Translations under genes and position numbers: made by a program
Source: Gemmatimonadota bacterium
GTDB lineage: Bacteria > JBHIER01 > G020348925
Assembly: GCA_020348925.1 (NCBI GenBank)
Contig: CP070758.1
Location: 2,433,688 to 2,497,687, forward strand
Length of the DNA: 64,000 bases
Direction of reading: 5' to 3'
Notes under the pieces: generated by a model
What the model was told of the DNA's origin: nothing
The model's input: only the letters and a program-made list of their open reading frames with translations
Database searches by the model: none
In this document: piece after piece, positions 19,695-30,292 of the stretch
Position numbering within the stretch: position 1 is the first letter of the stretch
Layout: every line of letters begins with the position of its first letter

Positions 19695-20906
19695 ATGAGA
19701 GTAGTTATTATTGGAAATGGACCGGCTGGTATTACGGCGGCCAAAACGATTCGGGAGAGGGATTCTGAGATTGAAATCGAGATCTATGCGGAAGAGAAGC
19801 ACCCGTACTACTTCAGGCCGAAGCTTCCTGACCTTTTGGGTGGAACCGTCAAACCGAGTGAGATTTACGCCTATTCCGAAGCGTGGTACAGGCAACGGAA
19901 CATCGAGGTCCATCTGGGAATCAGCGTCACCCAGATCGTCCCCTCCGATAAGGGCGTTGTTCTCGAGACGGGTGAGAGCGTACGCTATGATAAACTGCTT
20001 TTGGCGACAGGGAGCCACTGTTTCGTTCCACCGATTCAAGGCGCCGATAAGAGCGGTGTGTTTACGTTGCGCACCATTGACGACGCAGTGGCAATCAAAG
20101 AGTATGCAAAAGATAAAAAACGTGCTATTGTCATTGGCGGGGGATTATTGGGGCTCGAAACGTCACGGGCATTACGCTCCCTTGGGCTTGAAATCACCGT
20201 CGTTGAGTTCTTACCACGGCTCTTGCCCCGCCAACTGGACGAGGAAGGTGCGTCCTTTTTAAAAACGAAGATGGAGGAGATGAGTATCCAGGTGGTTCTG
20301 GATGCAGAGTCGGACGAGATTTTAGGGGAGGGGGGGGTGGCGGGTCTTCTATTGAAAGACGAAAGGATTGTGAACGGTGATGTGGTCCTCATATCGGCAG
20401 GTGTCCGGGCAAATGCAGAGATCGCCCGAAGGGCAGGCATCGCGGTCAATAAAGGTGTTGTCGTTGACGAGCATATGAAAACGAATATTGATGATATCTA
20501 TGCGGCTGGTGATGTGACTGAATTTCAGGAGAGACTGTGGGGCATCATTCCGGCGGCCGTTGATCAGGCCAAGGTGGCGGCTGCCAATATTGTGGGTCAG
20601 GATGAAGTCGAATATACGGGGACGGTACCATACACCACGCTCAAAGTTGTGGGTGTCGATCTCACTTCGATTGGCATTGTGAAACCGGAGGGAGAAGGAT
20701 TCAAAGAAATCAGAAAGACGAAACCGCGGGAAGGTATTTACAAGAAGCTGGTGCTCCAGGACGGATATATTGTGGGGGCCATCTTTTTGGGTGACCGGGC
20801 CGACGTGACGCCGGCGAACAAGATCATCAATGAGAAGATAAACGTGGCGAAATACGCGAATCGGTTACTCGATGACGATTTTGATCTGAGGATCCTGATC
20901 CCATAG
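19695..20906 (+). CDS. FAD-dependent NAD(P)H oxidoreductase, NAD(P)H:rubredoxin oxidoreductase-like
   Basis: IIGNGPAG, LLLATGS, IGGGLLGLE, IYAAGD and LKVVGVDL.SIG motifs. Confidence 0.88.
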   Translation: MRVVIIGNGPAGITAAKTIRERDSEIEIEIYAEEKHPYYFRPKLPDLLGGTVKPSEIYAYSEAWYRQRNIEVHLGISVTQIVPSDKGVVLETGESVRYDKLLLATGSHCFVPPIQGADKSGVFTLRTIDDAVAIKEYAKDKKRAIVIGGGLLGLETSRALRSLGLEITVVEFLPRLLPRQLDEEGASFLKTKMEEMSIQVVLDAESDEILGEGGVAGLLLKDERIVNGDVVLISAGVRANAEIARRAGIAVNKGVVVDEHMKTNIDDIYAAGDVTEFQERLWGIIPAAVDQAKVAAANIVGQDEVEYTGTVPYTTLKVVGVDLTSIGIVKPEGEGFKEIRKTKPREGIYKKLVLQDGYIVGAIFLGDRADVTPANKIINEKINVAKYANRLLDDDFDLRILIP

Positions 20907-21180
20907 GCCGGGGCAGTTCTGAACCGGAGTGCACCATGTCATCCGTCATCGTCTGGACGTTGCCGGATCTGAAAATGAAAAACCCAACCAGACACTCCCC
21001 TTTAACATGCCCGCCCTTTTTAGCGAACGAATCATCATGAATCAATCTGAAAGTGCCAAGTTGGGCATATATTCATGGTATAGATTATGAACTTTTTTCG
21101 GAGTTGTCAAGTCCTTTTTTAAGATCCTTGGAAAAATATTTTTTATCGTTGCCCGGAGGGTTGTGCCAGGCTTTTGGAGG

Positions 21181-21363
21181 CCTCTGCGAGGAGGGTCGTG
21201 CGCCGCAATCCTTTCATCTCACCTCATCGTTGCGAGGATGAATGGTGGACGTGGCAATCTCCTTATCCCACCTCGTCATTGCCAGGAAAGCCGTGCGGAG
21301 CGCAGCATGACGAAGCAGTTTCCTTGTTCGAGAGAGATCACTTCACCTCTTTCGCAGTGACAG
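21181..21363. repeat. Degenerate REP-like palindrome cluster (GTCATTGC..GCAATC..GTGAC family)
   Basis: Several tgcgagga..gcaatc units plus cgtcattgc...gcagtgacag, between convergent genes; similar to 46749-46869. Confidence 0.6.
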
Positions 21364-21378
21364 GTTTCTATGAATGTA

Positions 21379-22401
21379 CTATCTCCAGTCCCAAACATAA
21401 TCGAGATCAGACTGGCTTGTAAGTTGCACGAATCCGGTCCCATCGATGTTGATCCGGTAGATATTGTGATCTCCGTCGCGGTCTGAGACGAAGGCGATGC
21501 TTTGACCGTCAGGGGCCCACAGAGGTTGACTGTCCGAAGCCGGATCGTAGGTGAGCTGGAATTGTTGTGATCCGTCTGCACGCATGACATAGAGCTCCGG
21601 CTTTCCATTAATGAGGGAGGTGAAGGCGACCTTGCTCCCGTCCGGAGACCATCGGGCCTCAAGGTCGAACCGACCGTTGTTCGAAATGTTGATAAGACCG
21701 GACCCGTCAGGACTCATCGTGTAGACGTCGCTCTGTCCCTCCCGACCGGAGAGGAAGAGAATACGGCTCCCATCCGGAGACCAGGTGGGGTAGAGGTCGT
21801 CGGCGGGGTGGTGTGAAAGATTGGCCAGATCGCCACCTTCTCGATTCACTCTATATATCTCACCGTGACCGTCGCGTTTCGACTGAAAAATTATAGAGTG
21901 GCCATCAGGTGACCAGGCACCATGGTCATCCGCCCCCGGATGATTTGTCACGTTTATAAACCAGGAGCCGCTCCCATCGACGGTGTAGATTTCCGAGTTG
22001 CCGTCACGATTCGAGGTGAATGCGATGATGTCTCCATCCGGAGACCAGATAGGCGAGAAATCGTGGGCGGGATTCTTCGTCAGGTTTCGTAGGTTTGAGC
22101 CGTCCGGATCCATGATCCAGATATCCGGAGGTCCGTTCTTCATCTCGCTGGCCTCGAAAGCGATCATGTCACCCTCAGGAGACCAGACAGGGTTCCACTC
22201 CCATTGAGAGCTCTTGGTGAGGTTCGTCTGTCCGCTCCCGTCAGGATTCATGACAAAGATGTCATACGTTCCCTCCCGGTCTGAGATGAATAGAATTCCT
22301 TCTCCGGATGGCACTGTCACCTCTGTCGGCTTCTTATCGCAGCTGAAGAATAGGACTATTGACAGGAGCAAAACAATCATTGAAAGCATAGTGTCTGTCA
22401 C
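21379..22401 (-). CDS. TolB-like PD40 beta-propeller lipoprotein
   Basis: Lipobox-like FFSC; repeated P.WSPDG..IAF.S.RDG. Confidence 0.9.
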   Translation of the reverse strand: MTDTMLSMIVLLLSIVLFFSCDKKPTEVTVPSGEGILFISDREGTYDIFVMNPDGSGQTNLTKSSQWEWNPVWSPEGDMIAFEASEMKNGPPDIWIMDPDGSNLRNLTKNPAHDFSPIWSPDGDIIAFTSNRDGNSEIYTVDGSGSWFINVTNHPGADDHGAWSPDGHSIIFQSKRDGHGEIYRVNREGGDLANLSHHPADDLYPTWSPDGSRILFLSGREGQSDVYTMSPDGSGLINISNNGRFDLEARWSPDGSKVAFTSLINGKPELYVMRADGSQQFQLTYDPASDSQPLWAPDGQSIAFVSDRDGDHNIYRINIDGTGFVQLTSQSDLDYVWDWR

Positions 22402-22508
22402 TTGAGTTTTTCTTGTGTCATGAAAAGGTTCCCAGCGCCTTTTCTCTGACCAAGGATACGATTGATTGTCAAAACAACGTCCACGATATTCACGACACCG
22501 TCACCGTT
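22398..22508 (-). pseudogene. Relic of a dockerin-tailed gene (3' end only)
   Basis: The minus strand reads NGDGVVNIVDVVLTINRILGQ...KLK*, and its TGA overlaps the GTG of the TolB-like gene. Confidence 0.65.
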
Positions 22509-22690
22509 GGAACAAGACGCCCTCCCAATTCTCCTCTGTTGTAATTTTTCTTTTTAAATTGTGGAGTCACCGTACCAACTAATTGCATCTTCCCATCTTG
22601 TTTCAGCATTTGTCTGCGGCTCGTGAGGACACTCGGATTTCCTGTTCCCATGTTCGTAGACGGGAGGGTGAAACTCTTTCGAACTTTTTC

Positions 22691-25678
22691 CTATTTGAGG
22701 AAAACCATTCGTTTTGTATCTGAAAATTGACCTACCTCGATACGGTAAAAGTAAATCCCACTGGCCACCTCTCGTCCTTGACCGTCCCTTCCGTCCCAGG
22801 TGGCTGTGTGGGATCCCGCTTGCCGAGCTTCATCCACCAGTGTCCGCACCTCCTGGCCCAGAATATTAAAAACCTTCAAGGTGGTGTGGCTGGGAGATCT
22901 CATATCTGGAATCTGATATCTAATATCTGTCCGCGGGTTGAAGGGATTGGGGTAGTTTTGAAAAAGCCTGTACGTCTCCGGAGAAATCTGGGCGACCTGC
23001 CCGGGAATGACTTCGGTCCTTTGTGTGCTGAAGTTGAAGACGTCCTCGCCGGTAAAGGGCTTTGTCACGATAAGACTCAGAATGGCACCAGGTTGGGGAT
23101 CGATGGGATCCTCATCCTCCGGACTGCTGAGGGTGATGCGCCACGTATAATCCGGAAAAGGTTCGGTCAGAATAATAACGTCACCACTTGACCAGTCTTT
23201 CGAATCGTCTGTATCATGAATCATGAACTGTACCTTGTACTGCTCGGTGAGGTTTGAAATTTCAAAGGGGACCGGGATAAAATTGGTGATGGACGTATCC
23301 CCAGCAACTGTGAATCGAATTTCATAGTCCGCTGGGCGAGGTTGAAATCGCTGGATACGAAAGTCCCAATTGCAATCACCAGCAGTCCAGCCCGTCAGCG
23401 AATCGATGATGGAGATCGAGGTCCAATCCCTGATGAGTACCCGCAGGCCATCAAACTCCGGACTTTCGACCCTGCCCGTCATATCGATCTGATCCCGGAC
23501 CACGAATTGAGCCAGACCTCTATCGAAGATATTGTATATTTTCACGTCAGCTGTGTCGACGAAACCCAATTGATACGCGTGGCCGGTGAAGCGGGTGGAA
23601 TCGACGACAAGAACGTGGACCTCACCGTTTCCGTGGCCGGAGATGTGCACGGCTTCGATTTCTGAACGCTCGTGAACGAGAGTGAAGTCACCGTTTGATA
23701 TGTCTTCCCCGGTGGTGTCTCCGTCGGAGGCCACGACCCTGATCCTGGCACCATCGCCTGAGCCGCACACCCACGGGTCCCACAGATAGCGACCGTCGTT
23801 CTCCTCATCGAGCGCAACGGACTCCCAGGCCGAATTCTCGGAGGAGCGGTAGAAGATGTCGATGGTCAGCTCATCCCCGTCGGCGTCCCGGGCCCACCAT
23901 GCGATCTCAAAGACACCCTGGATGTTCTCGCCTCCGTTCGGGGAGAGGAGGCGTATTTCCGGCACGGCGTGACCGGGATTGTTGATTGTGAAGAGTGAAT
24001 CGGAACGGTCCTCGCCAGGGAGATACCCGTCTGTGGTTGAGACGGCAAGACAGTATTGGGTTCCATCCGGGACCTCCTCCGTATTCCAGGAGGCGAGACC
24101 GTCGTTTTCCTCTTTCGAGGCAATGGAGAACCAGGACGAGCCGCCGTCACTGCTGCCCCAGAGATCGACGGTTTCGAACGGCTGTTCCGTAATGCTGTGT
24201 GCGGTCCAGGAGATGTCCACCGGTCCAGCCAAAACCTCACCACCATTGGGTGAGAGGAGCGTCACCCCCTGTTGCCGAAACCCATAGTCGTACATGGCAT
24301 GAGCGGTTTTCGTATTCAGTTTCATATCCTCTTCATCGTCGCCCATGACCAGTGCGAAGGCCACCTCTGTCGTGCCACCCGCTTCCAGAGCGAAAGGTCC
24401 GGTGGACATGAGGAAGGCACAATCAAGACCATTGGGATAGAGGCCGGGGATTTGTTCCCAGTCGTCGTAATGAGGATCGATCCGACCCGCGGCGTCCGGA
24501 TGGAAGTAGGCCTCCTGCTCCTCAGGGCGAAGATCGGTCGTATCGCCGCTCAGTACTTTGTATTGAATGAGCTCCTTGCGGAAAGCGGTCAATGCTCCGG
24601 GTCGGTCGTACCAGTCGAACCAGTGCCAGTCGGAGAGGCCCACTTCCTGGCCCGTCGTGTCCTTGGGGGATCCCAGCAGCGTGACACCGGCGTAGGCCCG
24701 CCAGTTCGGTTCCGGCCTGAAATCGTATATAAAACCAAGATCGTAACGAATCGTATCCTCGGTCTCCGGGTCAACCTCCTTGAGCAAGAGTTTCGTCCAA
24801 TCCTCATTATCGTTGACGGTCCCGCTTGAGTCGCGATCTTCGATATCGGCATCAAGGTACAGCCCGATGAACATGCCCTCATATTTGAAAAGACTCGTAT
24901 TGATGGCCTTCGCCTTGAAAAAGAGTATATCCCGGGCATAGGACGCCTTGAAGGCGAAGGCGGCGACATCGCATTGCAGGCCGATGGAAAAGCCCTGGTC
25001 CAACTGCTCGTCGCGGTCGGCGTAGCCATCGTCGGTCATGCTGAAAAAGACCTCCTGGTCCGCAGCAAACACACCTTCAATGCCCTCTGTTGTCAGGGGG
25101 TCCACCGCCCAAAATCCCGGCCAGTGTCGTTCTCCAGGCGTGGCAATGAATATACCATGTCCGTCGAAGTACCCCTCAGGCCAGGTGGCAGGAAGGGTGC
25201 TCGTGGCCATAAGGGGAATGTCAGGGAATCTGGAGTGCGGGATGAGATCACCCGCGACAACATCTCCTGAATGGAACCAGCCCAGGGAGCCGAAACGGGG
25301 GCCCCAGTCCGATTGATCGGTGCCACCGTGGATCTGGGCTTCGGTGACGGTCGGTCCCTCAATACCGGGCGGATTCCAGGGCCCTTCGGGGATGCCGACC
25401 CAGAGGTTGAAACCGGCAATGTACCCGTACCCCTTGTACCAACCGCAGGGCAGATCTGGGACGGAATAACCGGACAATACCCAAGTACCCAGTTGACCGT
25501 TGTTGTACACGGTGTGCACCAGTGTGCCGATGTCCAGAATACCTGCGGCCAAGTCGATGTCGTCCAAGACAGGTGAATGGGTTTCTGGGCTTAACTCCCT
25601 GGGAGCTGGACAAAGGGTTTCCGGCAGGGATATGAGAACGAGCGTAAAAATCATCCAGATGTATACGAACGTCTTCAC
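22691..25678 (-). CDS. Large secreted multidomain protein with a T9SS-type/FlgD-Ig C-terminal domain
   Basis: Signal peptide after probable GTG 25678; two SPNGGE Ig-like repeats; C-terminal QNYPNPFNP...WDG.D..G..VASGIYFY. Confidence 0.85.
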   Translation of the reverse strand: MKTFVYIWMIFTLVLISLPETLCPAPRELSPETHSPVLDDIDLAAGILDIGTLVHTVYNNGQLGTWVLSGYSVPDLPCGWYKGYGYIAGFNLWVGIPEGPWNPPGIEGPTVTEAQIHGGTDQSDWGPRFGSLGWFHSGDVVAGDLIPHSRFPDIPLMATSTLPATWPEGYFDGHGIFIATPGERHWPGFWAVDPLTTEGIEGVFAADQEVFFSMTDDGYADRDEQLDQGFSIGLQCDVAAFAFKASYARDILFFKAKAINTSLFKYEGMFIGLYLDADIEDRDSSGTVNDNEDWTKLLLKEVDPETEDTIRYDLGFIYDFRPEPNWRAYAGVTLLGSPKDTTGQEVGLSDWHWFDWYDRPGALTAFRKELIQYKVLSGDTTDLRPEEQEAYFHPDAAGRIDPHYDDWEQIPGLYPNGLDCAFLMSTGPFALEAGGTTEVAFALVMGDDEEDMKLNTKTAHAMYDYGFRQQGVTLLSPNGGEVLAGPVDISWTAHSITEQPFETVDLWGSSDGGSSWFSIASKEENDGLASWNTEEVPDGTQYCLAVSTTDGYLPGEDRSDSLFTINNPGHAVPEIRLLSPNGGENIQGVFEIAWWARDADGDELTIDIFYRSSENSAWESVALDEENDGRYLWDPWVCGSGDGARIRVVASDGDTTGEDISNGDFTLVHERSEIEAVHISGHGNGEVHVLVVDSTRFTGHAYQLGFVDTADVKIYNIFDRGLAQFVVRDQIDMTGRVESPEFDGLRVLIRDWTSISIIDSLTGWTAGDCNWDFRIQRFQPRPADYEIRFTVAGDTSITNFIPVPFEISNLTEQYKVQFMIHDTDDSKDWSSGDVIILTEPFPDYTWRITLSSPEDEDPIDPQPGAILSLIVTKPFTGEDVFNFSTQRTEVIPGQVAQISPETYRLFQNYPNPFNPRTDIRYQIPDMRSPSHTTLKVFNILGQEVRTLVDEARQAGSHTATWDGRDGQGREVASGIYFYRIEVGQFSDTKRMVFLK

Positions 25679-25849
25679 AGAACTGCATCCCTTTTTGGAA
25701 CAGATGGAGTGGGGGGACTGCACGCAGTCATCCGATGCATTAATAATATGAACCGATCCCTTGTGTGTCAAGTCCATAATGGTCCAGGACAGGTTGCGCT
25801 CGCGTGTTCTGTTTTCACGGAGAGCAGTGAGGGTGTGTCGAGGAGGTGG

Positions 25850-25955
25850 AGACTGTAAAACCGGAATCTCCTTAGTAGAGAGGAAGTTGAGCCAACCGAG
25901 GGGATTCCGGCACGGAGTTTACCCCCGTATTCTATTACGGGGGCCGGAATGACAG
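25850..25955. repeat. REP-like palindrome (CCGGAATC..GATTCCGG..CCGGAATGAC)
   Basis: Nested inverted repeats ccggaatc/gattccgg and cccccgta/tacggggg just after the PPIase stop codon; may act as a terminator. Confidence 0.6.
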
Positions 25956-25972
25956 CTTGTGAATAAAGCAGG

Positions 25973-27781
25973 TTAGAAATACATGTTGCGGTAGTCTTTG
26001 ATATCCGCTTTTTCCTTTAAGTCGTTAAACCACGCGGTATAGGTCTCGCTCTGCTTCTGTTGAAGGAGGGTCTGTTTCAGATTCTCCTTCTCCAGTTCGA
26101 AGGTCGCCTCGTCAATGGGCTGAAAATCCATCTTTTGAATGATGTAGAATCCCCGCGATGCTTCGATGACATCACTCAATTGATCCTGTTCCAGTGTGAA
26201 AGCGGTCCCGATAAAATTTTCGTCTCGCCCCACACCGGAGACATAGCCTGAACGCGCGAAGGGATCGGTCTCTTCTATTTCGAGGGAGCACGCGGCGGTC
26301 ACCTGATCGAAGGTCAACCCTCTGGCCAATGAGTCGGCAATACTCCGGGCTTTGGCTTTTGCCAGGACCATTCGCTTTTCATTGAGGACGGCGGTCTTCA
26401 CCTTGTCTCTCACGTCCTCCAGTGGTTGATAACCGGCCTCCGTCTCGTCGGCGAGGCGCAGGACGTAATAGGCCTTCTGATCCTCGTTGACATCGCTCGT
26501 CGCCCCAATTTTGGAATTGAAGGCAAAATTGACACCCCGCTGCATGTACCCGATGCCGGGAATATAGCCGGCCTGACCGAAGAAGCGCGTTTGCTGAACC
26601 TCGAGGCTGTCCAAGGCGGCCAGGGAGTCGAAACCGACCTCCTGGCAGGATTGGGCGAAATCCTCGGCAGCATATCTGAGTTTTTCCAGAGTAGCCTCAC
26701 TGGCTTCGATTTTCAAGAGAATATGACTGGCTTTGACCTGCTCCTCGCCGTCCTCTTTTTTCCTGTCGGTGACTTTCAGGATGTGCCATCCGTACTGCGT
26801 CTGAATGGGCTCGGAGAGAGCGCCGATATCAAGACCGAAAGCGGCGTCTTCAAAGGGTTTGACCATATTGCCCCGCCCGAAGAACCCCAGGTCACCGCCG
26901 TTCTCCCGCGTGCCGATATCTTCGGAGTAGATACTGGCCAGTTCCGCAAAGTCCTCCCCGTTTGCGATTCTTTCGTGCAGCTCCTGGATCTCCCTTTTGA
27001 CGTCGGCACTGTCCTCAGGGCTCGGATTCTTGTTGAATTGAACGTAGTCCAATTTACGCTGGGCCTCCTGGGTATATTCCTCTTTGTTGTTATTGTAATA
27101 GGCTAAAATCTCCTCGTCCGAGGCCTCATCGAGGGAGTCGACAAAGTCTCGAGCACCGAAGAACATGTACCGCACCTTGACCTTTTCATTCTTTTGAATA
27201 TAGTCCTGGCGGACCTCGTTGTCGGTAACTCTGACAGTGGCCATAACCTGGTTCTGCAGTTTTTGGAGAGGCAAAAAGGCTCGAAAGTAATTCTCCACTT
27301 GAATCCAGGGAACCCTCGGATCGTCCAATGCCTGCTGAAATTTCGTCGTATCGAACTGTCCCTGTTCATTTTGAAAAATCTCTGCCTGTGTTATGTACTC
27401 AGGGGGGTTGTGACGGATGTGAAAGGAGATTTCTGGGTCCGAGACCGTAATGCCGCGTTTTACGATCTCCTGTCGTTGAAGGATGACGGCGATAATGTCA
27501 TCCCACGCTTTCTGAGAGGCCTGCTCGTAATCCCTTTCGGTCAGTTCGGTCTCGCCTCTCTGGGCTTTCATCTGTTGGATTGCCTGCCAGCGCGTATCAC
27601 GAAAGGTTTCCCAGCGGACCTCCTGACCGTTTACTTCACCAATAACGCCGGCATTGCGGGCACTTCCTCCCCGGCCCGAGATGTCCAGACCCCATTGGAA
27701 AACGATGAATCCCACGAATCCGGCGAGGGCAATCCACAGGACTGTTTTCATAAAACCGGCCGATCGCATTTTTCCCATCAT
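25973..27781 (-). CDS. PpiD/SurA-like periplasmic chaperone with a parvulin PPIase domain
   Basis: N-terminal TM anchor, GEVNG; F.ELA..YSED..GGDLG.F..G.MVKPFE..AF and GWHI motifs. Confidence 0.92.
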   Translation of the reverse strand: MMGKMRSAGFMKTVLWIALAGFVGFIVFQWGLDISGRGGSARNAGVIGEVNGQEVRWETFRDTRWQAIQQMKAQRGETELTERDYEQASQKAWDDIIAVILQRQEIVKRGITVSDPEISFHIRHNPPEYITQAEIFQNEQGQFDTTKFQQALDDPRVPWIQVENYFRAFLPLQKLQNQVMATVRVTDNEVRQDYIQKNEKVKVRYMFFGARDFVDSLDEASDEEILAYYNNNKEEYTQEAQRKLDYVQFNKNPSPEDSADVKREIQELHERIANGEDFAELASIYSEDIGTRENGGDLGFFGRGNMVKPFEDAAFGLDIGALSEPIQTQYGWHILKVTDRKKEDGEEQVKASHILLKIEASEATLEKLRYAAEDFAQSCQEVGFDSLAALDSLEVQQTRFFGQAGYIPGIGYMQRGVNFAFNSKIGATSDVNEDQKAYYVLRLADETEAGYQPLEDVRDKVKTAVLNEKRMVLAKAKARSIADSLARGLTFDQVTAACSLEIEETDPFARSGYVSGVGRDENFIGTAFTLEQDQLSDVIEASRGFYIIQKMDFQPIDEATFELEKENLKQTLLQQKQSETYTAWFNDLKEKADIKDYRNMYF

Positions 27782-27904
27782 GGCTTTGTATCTCCTTTTA
27801 CATGAACAAAATTCTCACTATACGACGCTCGACATAAAAACCTCATAAAGATACATTTTCACTTTGAAAATGCAAATCTTTTTTCAAGGGGCTTCAACTT
27901 AGCC

Positions 27905-27933
27905 TTGACCTTTTGAGAACAGGATATTATACT
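27905..27933 (+). promoter_or_regulatory. Probable sigma70 promoter of the M23-rhomboid-lipoprotein-dnaE operon
   Basis: TTGACC-17 bp-TATACT. Confidence 0.6.
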
Positions 27934-27960
27934 TCAGAACATGCGACAGCGGGTGACCAT

Positions 27961-30270
27961 ATGAAAAGGGGCCTTGTTCATGTCACGGTGATGCTGGGGC
28001 TTCTGTGTGCCGCGCTCTTTTCTCGGGCTCAGGATTATCACTGGCCTTTAGAGGCCGAGCCGGCTGTGACGTCGACTTTTTGCGAGTATCGACCCGGCCA
28101 CTTCCATTCCGGAATCGATCTCAAAACCTGGGGTGACGTCGGGTTGAAGGTCTATGCCATTGATGACGGTTATGTCTGGAGGGTGAAAGTGTCCCCGTGG
28201 GGCGGTGGCCGCTCCGTCTATTTGAAATTGACCCAGGGCTCTCTCGCCGCCTATTTTCACCTTTCAGCGTTTCATCCTTCCATTGAGAATGTGGTTGGAC
28301 GCGAACAGGAGAGAGTGGGGCGCTACAGCATCGATCTTTTTCTTAGGCCAGGGGAAATTCCTGTCGCCTCCGGAGAGGTCATCGGTTATTCGGGGGAGAG
28401 CGGTATTGGGGGGCCTCATCTTCACTTTGAACTGCGCGATGAGGAGAACAGACCTCTCAATCCGCTCAGACATGGGTTCTGTGTTGAGGATACGATCCCT
28501 CCCACGGTTACGAAGGTGAGTGTCTCTCCGGTGGACCTGCAGTCGAGTGTGAACGGTGGGCACCGGACCTTGATTCTGCCCGTCCGGAAGGTTCGGGATG
28601 GCCTCTTTCGTGTCGATCAAGGGGTGACCATCACGGGATGTGTGGGCTTTGGCGTGTGTCTGTATGATCGGGCCAATGCCGCCCGGAACAAAGTGTCCGT
28701 CTACCGATTGGATCTTTCCGTGGACGGCGAGTTGATGTTTCGCACCCAGTACGATTCGTTCCCTTTTGAACGGACACGCCAGGTGGACCTGGATCGAGAT
28801 TTCTCCGTCAAGCGCGCCGGACACGGTCTGTTTCAGAGGTTGTACACGGTCAGGGGGAATGACCTCCCTTTTTACTCCGAGGTCGTTCCAGGGGGTCATG
28901 AAGGGGGACAAGGGGCTCGTGCGACACCACCGTGCGCCTGGACGTCGATGCCTGGCTGGCACGCGGTCCGAATTGTTGGAGCCGATGTCAATGGCAATGA
29001 GGCCGTTGTTGAGATGGATGTTTTGGTCGATCAATCACCTCAGATCCTGGCCTGTGATGGCCGGCATGAGGACGGTCGACTCTCTCTCAAGGCACAGGCG
29101 AAAGACGATGACGACGAGGTGCGCCTGGTTTGCTTTGAATATTCGACGGATTTCGGAGCCCATTGGGCCGTTGTGGCCGTCGACTCAGCGAACAGTCCTA
29201 CCGGTTCATACAGTGCCGAGGTTCAAAAGGGCCCGAACGAACCGTGTCAGGTGCGGGCCAGGGCCTGCGATGCTTTCGGTGTGTGGTCTGCCCCTCACAT
29301 ATGTTGTGTTACGGAGATGGAGGGTGCGGCCTATCCGGGCAACCGGATCGTTCAGTGGGAACCTCGATTTCAGAACACCTTTATCGAATGGACCCTGACG
29401 TCTGATCGACCTCTGGTGTCCACGCCACGTGTTACGCTTTTTCAGCCTTCGAATGCTCCTGTTTCCTTACGGGTGAACCGGCTCGATGAACACAGCTTTG
29501 CCGTGCTTTCAACCTATGAACCGGATCCCAGGGGCCAGGCGGTGTTGGTCGTGGAGGCTCGCGATCTGGGGGGCGCTCCGTGTCGCACTGAGATCCCGTG
29601 TGATGCCTTCAGAATTACGAGGGAGGATGGAGGGGTGGTGGTGTCCGAGGGGGCAAAGGTATCGGCGTCCTTTGAACCGGGCGGGGTGTACTGGGATCTC
29701 TGGGCCCGCATCGATATTGATTCGGTGTCCGAGCTTCCTGTGCTCCCCATGCGAAGCGATCCTTACCTCATGCGTCCCGATGATGTTCCCTTCGATAAGG
29801 GGGCACAGATCGCCTTTCGCTGGGGATTGGACAGGGGGTCCGCACAAAGAGTCGGGGTCTATCGGTTCCTTGAGGGAGGGGCGTGGGAGTATGTTGGATC
29901 CGAAAGGGATACCTTGAGCGAGATCATTTCAGCCGACGTCTACAGTTTTGGGATGTTTGCCCTCTTGGAGGATACGATTCCTCCGAGAATTTGGAACCTC
30001 AGACCGAAACAGGGGTCAAAAATCAGGACGAAAGGTCTCCGGCTTTTTGCTCGAATACGGGATGAGGGATCGGGTCTGGGCAGAGAGGGCGATCTCGTCA
30101 TGGAGCTGGACGGCCGCCGGATGATCAGCGAATACGATCCGGAAGGAGCGTGGCTCCAGTATCGGGTGAAAGACCCTTTGTCCGTGGGTTTTCACCGATT
30201 GAGCGTGTCGGTCACGGATCTCGCCGGCAACACGACCACGCGAGAGAGTCTCTTTCAGGTGGTGCAGTAG
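27961..30270 (+). CDS. M23-family metallopeptidase with C-terminal Ig-like domains
   Basis: Signal peptide; HFHSGID and GPHLHFELR motifs. Confidence 0.88.
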   Translation: MKRGLVHVTVMLGLLCAALFSRAQDYHWPLEAEPAVTSTFCEYRPGHFHSGIDLKTWGDVGLKVYAIDDGYVWRVKVSPWGGGRSVYLKLTQGSLAAYFHLSAFHPSIENVVGREQERVGRYSIDLFLRPGEIPVASGEVIGYSGESGIGGPHLHFELRDEENRPLNPLRHGFCVEDTIPPTVTKVSVSPVDLQSSVNGGHRTLILPVRKVRDGLFRVDQGVTITGCVGFGVCLYDRANAARNKVSVYRLDLSVDGELMFRTQYDSFPFERTRQVDLDRDFSVKRAGHGLFQRLYTVRGNDLPFYSEVVPGGHEGGQGARATPPCAWTSMPGWHAVRIVGADVNGNEAVVEMDVLVDQSPQILACDGRHEDGRLSLKAQAKDDDDEVRLVCFEYSTDFGAHWAVVAVDSANSPTGSYSAEVQKGPNEPCQVRARACDAFGVWSAPHICCVTEMEGAAYPGNRIVQWEPRFQNTFIEWTLTSDRPLVSTPRVTLFQPSNAPVSLRVNRLDEHSFAVLSTYEPDPRGQAVLVVEARDLGGAPCRTEIPCDAFRITREDGGVVVSEGAKVSASFEPGGVYWDLWARIDIDSVSELPVLPMRSDPYLMRPDDVPFDKGAQIAFRWGLDRGSAQRVGVYRFLEGGAWEYVGSERDTLSEIISADVYSFGMFALLEDTIPPRIWNLRPKQGSKIRTKGLRLFARIRDEGSGLGREGDLVMELDGRRMISEYDPEGAWLQYRVKDPLSVGFHRLSVSVTDLAGNTTTRESLFQVVQ

Positions 30271-30292
30271 GTGGCGGAGCGGAGACGAAACG

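Noticed and set aside
757-20906. Selenocysteine (TGA) recoding in the redox genes
   Set aside because: The catalytic positions are ordinary Cys, and TGA codons occur only at expected gene ends.
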